A stretch of DNA of 64,000 nt from Camelus ferus. Its lineage: Eukaryota. The position numbers and the translations under genes were made by a program. The notes beneath the pieces were generated by a model that saw only the letters and a program-made list of their open reading frames with translations, was not told where the DNA came from and did not search any database. The stretch is from NCBI RefSeq assembly GCF_009834535.1, contig NC_045696.1:72108001-72172000 (forward strand), read 5' to 3'. Below are positions 56,301 through 64,000 of this stretch, piece after piece. Within the stretch, counting starts at the first letter, position 1; every line of letters begins with the position of its first letter.

Positions 56301-59300
56301 GAGAGAAGAACTTGAAAGATCAGAGTAGGTCTAAAACAATACATACACAAGTATTTCTCGCAAATTATATTATTCTTATTTTGTACTAACCAGATTTTTA
56401 AAGAGATCGCTTCAAAATATGACTTAATGCAAGTTTAACAACAAAATTAATGACACATTTCAAATTCACATATAAAATACCTTAATGTGTTATGAATTTT
56501 GTCTGATAATTTAAAATTATTTTCTAGATTTTTCACATTTTTTATTTAAAAGTATTTTTCTGAAGATTTAAAAGTTAGACTCAAACTACCTTGCAGCAGC
56601 TTCCACTAGAGCTTTTTCATCTGGTGAAGATGCATAGTATTCCAACTGGGAAGGTGCAAGGTTGGATTGCCAGGGACCATCGCCAATGCCATCAGTCTGA
56701 ACATTGCTAATCTGCACAGTGTGACAGAGACTGACTGCTTTAAAGAAGAGGTCATGTTCTTTAATCTGTAGAAACATAATTAATACTCGTAATAAAAATA
56801 CCAATACCAAATAACATTTAAGAAACCAAAAACAAAATTCTAAAAAAGTCAATAAATACAGTTAATAATTTGGTAAACTAAGATGTAGAATAAGACTGCT
56901 ACAATCTTAAATTGCATAAATAATAGCTGGCTGCACCTCAGAAGATGACATATTACTTCTAAAGAGTAAAATGTCACATTTGCTTATGACCCTTCAAAGT
57001 GAGTATTTTTTTAGGAGGCATAACCAAATTGCCAGTAAAGATGGAAACTCTTTTATGGAAGAATTGAGATCTCAAAAGGTATTAAATAAATTTAAGCTCT
57101 ATTCCTTAGTAAAATCTTCTTTACTTCAAGGCAGAAAGGGCTTTCCTTAATCCCATGAAAAAACCCAGAGAACTAAAGTAGATACATACGAAGTGATAAC
57201 TACAAATTCTCAGTGCTGAATCAAAGGATAAATATTTCAAATGTATATTCCTTGCCTACTAACACTTAAACTTTTTCTTCTACAAATCACCAACTACCAA
57301 AGAGTTACTATTTCAAAGGAAACTCCTATTTATTAATTTAAAAATTACTTACTAGTTCAGTTTCATTTTCAGGACTGGTTCTAAAAGAGGAGCTAGTTGC
57401 AAGATGGGATAAGTTGTTAAGACGAGAAAAACTACTAAGATAAGGTAAGTTTCCTTCTGAAGAGTCTGGTGTTGGTCCTTCAGATACAAGTCTACCATTG
57501 ATTTCTTGGTATTTTACACCATTAATTGAACATTCTCGAAACTGCATCTCATTTTCTGTCAATGTACCAGTTTTATCTGTAAACACGTACTCCACCTAGA
57601 GATACAAAACAAAAGAAAACAAACCTTTGTATTCAGGGTCTTATGTTAAACAAAAAAACTTCGTCCTCTGTCTCCTGAAGTCCTTTACCTATTAACATTG
57701 ATACAGTGATGCTGAGTCTTATAAAACAAGCACAATCAAATAATTATAGATGCCATGGAAACAAACAGGGTGACAAAATATTCTAAATCTATATACACTT
57801 TGAAGTTTGTGGAATCTTTAAGTTCACGTTCATCTACAGAGTTGACTGATATTGTGGCATTAGTACTTCTTTTCTACCCTCTGGATAAGGCATTTTTAAA
57901 TAGTAGGACTAAGAATGAACTTTGAACAAGGGTGGAAGGGATGCTTAATAAGCTAAAATATGAAATAATTAATTTTAATTATTCTTCGAGGCTAATTTTA
58001 GGAAAATAACCCTAAAATAAGATAGGTCCTCAAAGAGAAAGATAAAATAGTCAAATCTTCATGTAACTAGGATTATAGTAAGGATTTGATTATTGCAATA
58101 ATGATCTGAGAAAGAAGTCATTTACAAAGGGAAGCAGATATCATAAGGGGAAAAAAAAACCCCACAGTCAGTATCTTTTATGAAAATACAAACAGAACAA
58201 ATCCAAAAAGATATAAAAAGGATTACACATCATGACATGTGGGATTTAACCCTGGAATACAAGATTAGTTAAATACAAAAATCAAATCAATGAAACCCAC
58301 CATTATAACAGAACAATACTTGTCCTTTATTCTATTAATAAAATGATCATCTCCATAGATGCAGAAAAAGCATATGGCAAAATTCAATACCCTTTCATGT
58401 AAAAGCACTCAACAAATTAGGGACAGGAGGGTACTCAATCTGATAAAATGTATCTATAAAAAACCTATAGCAAGGATCATACCTTAATGCAGAAAAACTG
58501 AATGCTTTCCCCTTAAGTTCAAGAATAAGACAAAAATGTCCGCTCTTGTCACTTTTATTTAACATTCTACTGAATATTCTAGCCAAGGTAGTTAGGCAAG
58601 AAAAAAGAAATAAAAGGTATTCACATTGGGAAAAAGATAAAAACTAATCTATTTCCTTTTTTATAGCAAATTTGAATGAATACATCAAAAAACTAATAGA
58701 ACTAATAAATGAGTTCAGCAAGATTGCAAAAACAAAAGATCAATATACAAAAAGGGAGGTAAAGTTAATGTTGGGAAAAAAACCCTCACACGGTCAGCAG
58801 CTATCATCAAAAAGAATACAAATAACAAACACTGGCAAAGATGTGGAGAAAAGACAGCCCTCGTACACTGCTCATGGGGATGTGAACTGGTGCAGCCACT
58901 ATGGAAAACAGTGGAGTTTTCTCAAAAAACTAAAAATAGAACTACCATATGACCCAGCAATTCCACTCCTGGGTATATATACAAAAAACAAACAAACAAA
59001 AAACCCTAAAAAAACTGATTTGCAAGGACACATGCTAATGTTCATAGTAGCATTATTTACAATTACTACGATATGACAGCAACCTAAGTGTCCATCAACA
59101 GATGCATGGATAAAGAAGATATGGTGTATACACACAGTGGAATACCACTAAGCCATTAAGAGAATGAAATTTTGCCATCTGCAGCAACATCAATGAACTT
59201 GGAGGGCATTATGTTAAGCAAAATAAATCAGACTGAGGAAAACAAATACTGTATAGTATCACTTATATGCGGGATCTAAAAAACACAACAAACTAGTAAA

Positions 59301-62300
59301 TATAACAAAAAAGAAGTAGACTCAGATACAGAGAACAAACTGGTGGTTGTGAATGAGGGGTCATATAGGAGTAGGGGATTAATAAGTGCAAATTATTAGG
59401 TATAAAATAAGCTATAAGGATATATTGTACAACACGGAGAATATAGCCAATATTTTATAATAACTATAAATGGAGTATAACCTTTGAAAACTGAATCACT
59501 ATATTGTACATATGTAAGTTATATAATATTGCACATAACCATACTTCAATAATAAGAAAGATTAAATGGTAGTGATGAGTATATAAATTAACTTTTATTT
59601 GAAAATACATAAAATCAAGAAGTTAAATCTTTTAACTTTGGTGAAAGAGGTCACTGGATACCTTTATAAGAGAGTTTCTTGGATAGTAAGGAAATGAAAG
59701 GACATAGAAGAGTGTGAAATAAAGTAGATTTCATTAACATAAAAACAGAAAAGTTACAGTAGCACAAACAAAAACACACCTGTAGGCTTAAAAGTAAAGA
59801 AACTGATGAATTAGAAACTGAAGACCATTATCATTTATAGTTTCTTAAAGAGAATGCAGATATGAATATCTGAGCATACAGTGTGTGGTTCCAGAAAAAC
59901 GATAATCTATCATCATAAAGGAATGAGGAGGAGGAAATAGGGATAGAAAAAGTCAAAGAAAAAAATAGGGAAAAAATGTGTTCCTGAGAAGCAGTAAAAA
60001 CAGGCTGTTTTTAGATCTTAAATATGTAATACATAATTCAAAAAATGTGACATGAATTAATATTTAGTGTTAAGTTATTAAAGCCTCCTAAATGCTATTA
60101 AAAATAAATGGATCAACTTCTGGTTAAAAATGGCAGGCTGAACAAATGCAATTAATTATCTCTGTTCCTCTTCAAACTTCACCAAAATAAGAGTAAAAGA
60201 ATAAAAAAAAGAACAGAAACAATGACAGAAGAGACAACATGAAAAGGGGAATTTTTCAAGTTTGGAAAAGAGATGAATCAATGGTAAGTGACTTAGCAGA
60301 ACTTAGAACATGAAACCTAAGCAATGGGGGAAACCCTATTCCCAGAAACTCTCAGAAAGTAGATGTACTATCACTGAATGTGGGAGTAAAGGATGAGACA
60401 GAAAATGGAGGTATCAAGAGCAGTTTGAATCCTGAAATCCCTTTATAACTTTGCAAATTTGATACTGACCCCCTTCTATCAGAGCAATAGCTGACAGGGT
60501 TTATTCTCTAAGGAGGCTGAACCAGAGAGAATCTGGACCCTGTGGAAAGCTGAAAATGGGTGAGCAGTGCACTAAAAACAGGTTTCTACTGGACAGCTCC
60601 AACAATCACAAGCAGAAGAAATACCAACCGCAGTTATTCTCTCTGGGGAAACTGAAGAAAGATCAATTATCGATATTGGGAACACCCCAAAAAACAGCTG
60701 GGCTGCCAGGCTTTTCTAGAGGAAACTTTTAGAATTGTAAAGAAAACCAAACATTAGTATTCATTTGAGGATATCCACTTACATAAAAAGGTAGAGTCTA
60801 AAACAAATTATAGGAAATTCTGCTAAAACACTGTCTTAAAAGGACAAGAATTTATTACAATAAGATTGATACATAAGGACACAATTTGAGCTTAATATGA
60901 GCACAGTTTGGTTATGTACAATTTCATCTATGAGAAATGGTAGGTGAATGGAGAAAACTGCACCTAGAATACATGAAATGTACAAACAGCTAGCAGCTAC
61001 CACAGGTCACCATATATAAGCCGCACCCATCCACATATGATACAACTTTCCTTCTGTTTTCTGATAACCTTCCTTTCAATACTTCACAGTAATATATAAG
61101 TTGGAATATTTCAGATGGCCATTTCCACAAGTAAACGTCAGAGTTTTTCCAAAATAAACTGCCATATTTATTGCAGTATTTATCTATTTCTTAATAATTC
61201 AGCAAGCCCTGTTTTTATCAGGCTCCTATCTTTTTATTTTAAATGTGTTACTGACAAAGTTTTATTGTACACCTATCTCATTTTCCCATAATAAGCCCTG
61301 TGGTTTTTACTAAGCAATTTTGTATAGAACACTGATTTTTAGGGATGCGTGTCACATTACAGCAGAACTGACGTATTGAAAAAGGAACTCTGTACAAACA
61401 GAAAATGCAGGGAGCAGAAGACTTTAAAAAAAACTGTCATTAATATCCTCAGAGAGGTAAAAGAATAAAGTATATTCAGGAAACAAGAATAAGATGTAAT
61501 TAAGAGAAGGCTATTCAGATATACTAGAATTATTAGAAATTTAAAATATTACAATAGATATAAAAGAAATCAAAAGAAAGGGGGAAATACAAAGTTCACA
61601 AATTCTCCCAAAAAGCAGATTATAAAAACAAGGAAATGAAAATTGAAAGTCAAAAAGAATTAGAGAATCAAGATAAATGATCTGACATCCAAACTAATAA
61701 ATTTCTACAAAAAAAAACCCCACAAAACATAAAAAGACATGTTTATCAAATTAAGAAAAATTCCTAGAATTGAAGAATATGTGTTTCCAGACTAAAAGTG
61801 TTCAGTGTTCACTGCCCAATGAAAGAAAAAAAAAAGAAAGAAAACAAAAACAAAAAACTCACACCAAGGCATACTATCATAAAATTTCAGAACTATTGCA
61901 GAAAGAAAAGATTCTTAAACCCTAAATACTTTCAGAGATAAAACAACAAACTACATAGAGAACCTGGGAATCAGAATGGCACTAGACTTCTTAACAGAAA
62001 CACTAGAAGCTAGGGGGAAAAAAACAAAAATGGAGAAATGTTTTTGAATTTTTGAGGAAAAATAATTTCCAGCCTTGAACGTGTTACCCAGCTGAATTAT
62101 TAATCAAGTGTAAAAAGGGAATCAAGATATTTTCAGACTTTCAAAGCTCAAAATATTTTTCTTACGCACCCCCTTTCAGAAGTTATTAGAAGAAATAAGA
62201 GAGTAAGTCACAGGTGGGAAGACATAGAATCTAGAAGACAAGAAATCCAAAACAGGCGGTAGACAAAGGAACTGCCAAGGTGATGATAAAGGAAGTCTAG

Positions 62301-63170
62301 GGTGACAGGCTGAGAAGCTGGCCCAGAAAGAAGTCTGAATTGAAGCAGGAAGATAAAAGGCTTCAAAAGAGAGTGAGGGAGAGAGCAATAAAGATTAAAG
62401 AAGTCCTAGATTACCTGATGTGTATGAATACGTAGAGATGTTTCATTTATTTGTCAGAGATTTGTTTTTGGTATATGGAAATTAAAAAATGAAAATACAG
62501 AGCAATTAACTCTAGCAAAAACATCTAAGAAAGAAAATGTAATTATAGTATTATAGGGCACACATAAATAACTAGGAGTTAGTGAACGACTCTAAAAGTC
62601 ATAATAATGTCAATAAGTGAATATTTATTAAATCTCAAATTGTGATTTAACAATATTGGGACCATGGGGCAGTAAAGTGGGTATGTGTCTGTTTGCATAG
62701 GGTTGTGAAAGGAGTAGTATAAGAGCCATATCTTTATATTCCATGGTAAATAATGTCTCAAATTGAAAAACAACAAAGAATACTATATACAAACACAGTG
62801 CTAAATAGTGAAAGAAATGGCTTAATATTTAAAACTGTGAAATAAGAAATTAGGTATGGAGCAAAGTAGTGATTTTTTTGGTATAAGCCTCATAATATTT
62901 TTGTTTCATTTATCTTTGTACACGTATAATTTTGATAAAAATAACAAATTAGAAAAACAAAACGATCATTACCTGTCCAAGTTCTTCATTTAGATCAGAA
63001 GTATTGACTTGAGCTTTCTGATCTGATTCTTCATGATAGAGATCAAGATCCCAGCCAATAAAAAATGACCCAAGAAACTTCTGCATTTCGACTGTCACAT
63101 ATAACGAAATTGGAATGATGAAATTGTAGAGTACCAAAAAAGCAAGGAAGTCTGAAATAAATTTCAGAAT
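12443..63170 (-). CDS. ATP11B: ATP11B P4-ATPase phospholipid flippase, 5'-partial spliced CDS (19 exons in window, probably exons 12-30)
   Basis: Exons join in frame to 843 aa + TAA. Motifs: TM4 [11 protein letters not shown], phosphorylation site DKTGT, TGDK, GDGAND. C-terminus [26 protein letters not shown] recognised as ATP11B rather than ATP11A/C. Exon numbering is inferred from the recalled human structure. Confidence 0.96.
16611..16744 (-). CDS. ATP11B: ATP11B penultimate exon, 134 nt
   Basis: [44 protein letters not shown](R); CAG acceptor, AG|GTGTGA donor; phase 0/2. Confidence 0.93.
17273..17325 (+). repeat. (CA)n microsatellite with (TACA)n tail
   Basis: Direct reading. Confidence 0.9.
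18910..19150 (-). mobile_element. MIR SINE remnant
   Basis: MIR core-like attttacagataaggaaacagaga...aagctcatccagttag. Confidence 0.65.
19478..19768. mobile_element. hAT/Charlie-like MER DNA transposon remnant
   Basis: cagtg...cactg terminal inverted ends with AT-rich interior. Confidence 0.45.
20734..20895 (-). mobile_element. tRNA-derived SINE (camelid-type), full length
   Basis: Minus strand box A TAGCTTAGTGG, box B GGTTCAATTCC, A-rich tail; TSD ccataaatctt at 20723-20733 and 20896-20906. Confidence 0.88.
24178..24303 (-). CDS. ATP11B: Candidate alternative (possibly terminal) exon of ATP11B, 126 nt to the first plausible donor
   Basis: Strong acceptor CTTACTGCTTTTCTGTCCTTCCAG. Phase-2 entry reads (R)[27 protein letters not shown]; phase-0 entry reads MEEDKGS...SSCVH*. 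Possible donor TAG|GTAGTA. Confidence 0.6.
   Translation of the reverse strand: MEEDKGSVSSAYEFAESKHRGEDSRHLLAEACSQQDSSCVH
27226..27311 (-). CDS. ATP11B: Candidate alternative cassette exon of ATP11B, 86 nt (frame-shifting)
   Basis: CTGAC branch-like motif, pyrimidine tract and TAG acceptor; open in phase 0 as [36 protein letters not shown] donor; several CpGs in an otherwise CpG-poor intron. Confidence 0.75.
28560..28740 (-). mobile_element. MIR SINE remnant
   Basis: attttacagaagtggaaattgaggtttagggaagtgacttaaccaagg. Confidence 0.65.
29150..29360 (-). mobile_element. MIR SINE remnant
   Basis: ttttactcatgaggaaatggagactt...aagtcacagagcta. Confidence 0.6.
29673..29838 (-). CDS. ATP11B: ATP11B exon, 166 nt (TM10)
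   Basis: [55 protein letters not shown]; phase 2/0. Confidence 0.95.
31114..31217 (-). CDS. ATP11B: ATP11B exon, 104 nt (TM9)
   Basis: [34 protein letters not shown](W); phase 0/2. Confidence 0.95.
31748..31813 (-). CDS. ATP11B: ATP11B exon, 66 nt (TM8)
   Basis: [22 protein letters not shown]; phase 0/0. Confidence 0.94.
32190..32338 (+). mobile_element. Very short young L1 3' end with 10-bp TSD
   Basis: Matches the 3' terminus of the L1 at 6870-6985; TSD agaaatcaca at 32180-32189 and 32339-32348. Confidence 0.88.
33541..33992 (+). mobile_element. Solo ERV LTR (452 bp, likely class I/ERV1)
   Basis: TG...CA ends, perfect 4-bp TSD GACT, TATA-like ctatatat ~33847, AATAAA ~33942. Confidence 0.85.
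34170..35160 (-). mobile_element. L2 LINE remnant
   Basis: L2 3' motifs (actgagcactgagtctatgccaagcacc, purine-rich body, aagatcacctgggctgctgtatgg). Confidence 0.7.
35180..35265 (+). mobile_element. MER20-like hAT fragment
   Basis: cagtggttctcaa...gattttgcctcccagggaaca...tctgaagacatttttggttgtca. Confidence 0.65.
36560..36780 (+). mobile_element. MIR SINE remnant
   Basis: ggctttgaagtcatacagatctgagttta...ggcaaattccttaacctctctgag. Confidence 0.7.
37968..38106 (-). CDS. ATP11B: ATP11B exon, 139 nt (TM7)
   Basis: [46 protein letters not shown]; phase 2/0. Confidence 0.95.
38612..38739 (-). CDS. ATP11B: ATP11B exon, 128 nt (TM6)
   Basis: [42 protein letters not shown](R); phase 0/2. Confidence 0.95.
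40105..40267 (+). mobile_element. tRNA-derived SINE (camelid-type), full length
   Basis: ggggagggtatagctcaagtgg (box A), gagttcaatccc (box B), aataaataaacctaattacc tail, poly(A); degenerate TSD ending cactttg. Confidence 0.88.
40460..40519 (-). CDS. ATP11B: ATP11B exon, 60 nt (TM5)
   Basis: [20 protein letters not shown]; long poly-T acceptor; phase 0/0. Confidence 0.93.
41749..41894 (-). CDS. ATP11B: ATP11B exon, 146 nt
   Basis: [48 protein letters not shown]; phase 1/0. Confidence 0.95.
42355..43175 (-). mobile_element. 5'-truncated L1 3' end
   Basis: Reverse complement closely resembles the L1 at 376-1121 (ORF2 C-terminus, 3' UTR, T-rich tail). Confidence 0.88.
43400..44480 (-). mobile_element. 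Ancient L1 (L1ME-like) remnant
   Basis: Decayed motifs taccaatttacattcccactaacaa, tgaacacttttttcatg, tttaatccatctggaatt. Confidence 0.6.
45374..45476 (-). CDS. ATP11B: ATP11B exon, 103 nt (GDGAND motif)
   Basis: [34 protein letters not shown](G); phase 0/1. Confidence 0.96.
46742..46895 (-). CDS. ATP11B: ATP11B exon, 154 nt
   Basis: [51 protein letters not shown]; phase 2/0. Confidence 0.95.
47935..48145 (+). mobile_element. Young L1 3' end fragment
   Basis: Near-identical to 6810-6985 and 32190-32310. Confidence 0.85.
48852..49743. mobile_element. hAT DNA transposon (MER58/Cheshire-like), internally deleted
   Basis: TIRs caggggttggca ... tgccgccccctg; 8-bp TSD aactgtat / aactccat. Confidence 0.78.
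49773..49976 (-). CDS. ATP11B: ATP11B exon, 204 nt (TGDK motif)
   Basis: [40 protein letters not shown]...LRQLAR(R); phase 2/2. Confidence 0.96.
51195..51376 (-). CDS. ATP11B: ATP11B exon, 182 nt
   Basis: [60 protein letters not shown](K); phase 0/2. Confidence 0.95.
51387..51452. repeat. Perfect 32-bp tandem duplication
   Basis: aaattaaagacaaaaattgaacaaaacttact x2 (+aa). Confidence 0.95.
52639..53292 (+). mobile_element. Young L1 3' end with 5' inversion and 13-bp TSD
   Basis: Intact ORF2 C-terminus ([24 protein letters not shown]...); TSD aaggacataattc at 52626-52638 and 53293-53305. Confidence 0.92.
53306..53975 (-). mobile_element. L1MB-like 3' end
   Basis: ccagctcctggcaaccactaat, ccattcatcagttgatgaacatttgggtgtttccactttttggctatt. 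Confidence 0.8.
54195..54298 (-). CDS. ATP11B: ATP11B exon, 104 nt (KGA nucleotide-binding motif)
   Basis: [40 protein letters not shown] donor; phase 1/0. Confidence 0.95.
54372..54445 (-). CDS. ATP11B: ATP11B exon, 74 nt
   Basis: [24 protein letters not shown](G), containing the P-type F-x-S-x-R-x-RMS motif; phase 2/1. Confidence 0.95.
54620..54830 (-). mobile_element. MIR SINE remnant
   Basis: ccattttacagataagg...aatttgcctaaagtca...aggattggaatccag. Confidence 0.65.
55335..55385 (-). mobile_element. Head-only fragment of the tRNA-derived SINE
   Basis: Reverse complement GGGGGAGAGTATAGCTCAAGTGCTAGAGCACACACTTAACGTGCATGAGGT matches the first ~50 nt of the copies at 40105 and 20895. Confidence 0.75.
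55556..55737. mobile_element. MER58A-like hAT MITE
   Basis: caaggatcagtaaact ... tttactgattcttg inverted termini; MER58-type interior. Confidence 0.7.
55789..55857 (-). CDS. ATP11B: ATP11B exon, 69 nt
   Basis: [22 protein letters not shown](R); TAG acceptor, GTAATT donor; phase 2/2. Confidence 0.93.
55998..56305 (+). mobile_element. Poly(A)-tailed retroposed fragment, LTR U3-R-like
   Basis: C-rich segment, CCAAT 56126-56130, CATAAA 56251-56256, A23 tail 56270-56292, (AG)n, flanking aagaac direct repeat. Confidence 0.55.
56590..56765 (-). CDS. ATP11B: ATP11B exon, 176 nt (N domain)
   Basis: [17 protein letters not shown]...[16 protein letters not shown](R); phase 0/2. Confidence 0.95.
57353..57595 (-). 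CDS. ATP11B: ATP11B exon, 243 nt (catalytic Asp, DKTGT)
   Basis: [26 protein letters not shown]...[11 protein letters not shown] acceptor, GTAAGT donor; phase 0/0. Confidence 0.96.
58140..59560 (+). mobile_element. L1 fragments (ORF2 RT piece joined to a 3' end)
   Basis: ORF 58672-59076: [14 protein letters not shown]... then [20 protein letters not shown]; 3' UTR ending tacttcaataataag. Confidence 0.85.
60110..62945 (+). mobile_element. Ancient L1M remnant (5' region/ORF1-like and 3' end pieces)
   Basis: cttctggttaaaaatggc start; ORF1-like cacaccaaggcatactatcataaaatttcagaac and aatcagaatggcactagacttc. Confidence 0.6.
62973..63170 (-). CDS. ATP11B: ATP11B exon, 198 nt (TM4 with PISL motif)
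   Basis: AG acceptor, GTAATG donor; [66 protein letters not shown]; phase 0/0. Confidence 0.95.
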
Positions 63171-64000
63171 CTAGGAGGGAAAATGATTGTTTGGTAAGAG
63201 AAAATACATGAGAATTTCTTAATTATCAGATATTTAAGAAAACTGTAAGACAGTTTCATATCAAAACAGACCATCAACTACATTCTGAAGCAGAATAGTC
63301 TCATGAATTGAAATTCATTTATTGAATTGTCTTTTTAACACATTTCCTTTGGCTATTTTATTGCTCATTAGAATCCTGAACACAGTAAAAGACGAAAAGG
63401 TTAAATTCAAATTACTTTATTTGTTACTTTTTATAGAAGCTACCAAAAACGTTTTGCGACTAAAAACTACCTGTGGCAAAACTATAATAAAAACCTCTGG
63501 GGTATATTTACTATTCTACTTCTAGTCTTCAAAATCAGATAATTACAAATTGACTGTAATTTAAAAAATTTAAAATAATAGCTAGGCTAGAACTATTAGA
63601 AACTGAAATTCTTAATTATTGACCATACAGGAATAGCCTACTTCAATGGCAGAGCAACTCCACATGTGTTCTGGGAAAGGTAAAATATTTAATTGTGATT
63701 GATACTGAAAAAACGTTCCTGTCATTATCTGCTCTGTGGTCTCCTGAGATCCAAACTTGTCTTCCAATATTTGTATTCTGATCTCAAGTGAAATTTGGAG
63801 AACAATTATTTACTAAAATTGCAGGTTAACTTCTCCTGGTAGTCCACACTCAACCAGTTTAAACTTTTATGACATAATTTGATTTGTTACTTCATACATG
63901 AATACACTGATAGTAAGACTCCTAGATTTATTCTGATAAAACTGAAAATAAATCAACTTACTCTTTAACTCAATAACATACATAAATGGAGTAAAAAATT

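Noticed and set aside
60808..61376. Possible Tigger-like element (ttctgcta ... cagcagaactgacgta ends) interrupting the old L1
   Set aside because: Terminal similarity too degenerate to call by eye; needs a Dfam search

Overview
AT-rich mammalian genomic DNA, probably camelid (inferred from the tRNA-derived SINE and young L1 3' ends). The window holds the 3' ~70% of the coding sequence of the P4-ATPase lipid flippase ATP11B on the minus strand. I assembled 19 coding exons by hand, from 63170 down to the TAA at 12443-12445. All have GT-AG borders and consistent phases, giving 2532 nt (843 aa plus stop) with PISL, DKTGT, TGDK and GDGAND motifs. A ~3.6 kb 3' UTR follows, and the gene's 5' part lies beyond the right edge. 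Positions 1-8030 are nested L1 debris. The introns carry L1, L2, MIR, hAT DNA transposons, tRNA-derived SINEs and a solo ERV LTR. The most interesting signal is a candidate C-terminal tail-switching module: two extra exon-like segments (27226-27311, 24178-24303), a penultimate exon open in two frames, and a read-through/intronic-polyA option. Most other ORFs in the supplied track are repeat-derived or chance. I found no prokaryotic-type system such as CRISPR. Repeat subfamily names and boundaries are by eye and approximate unless TSDs are given.
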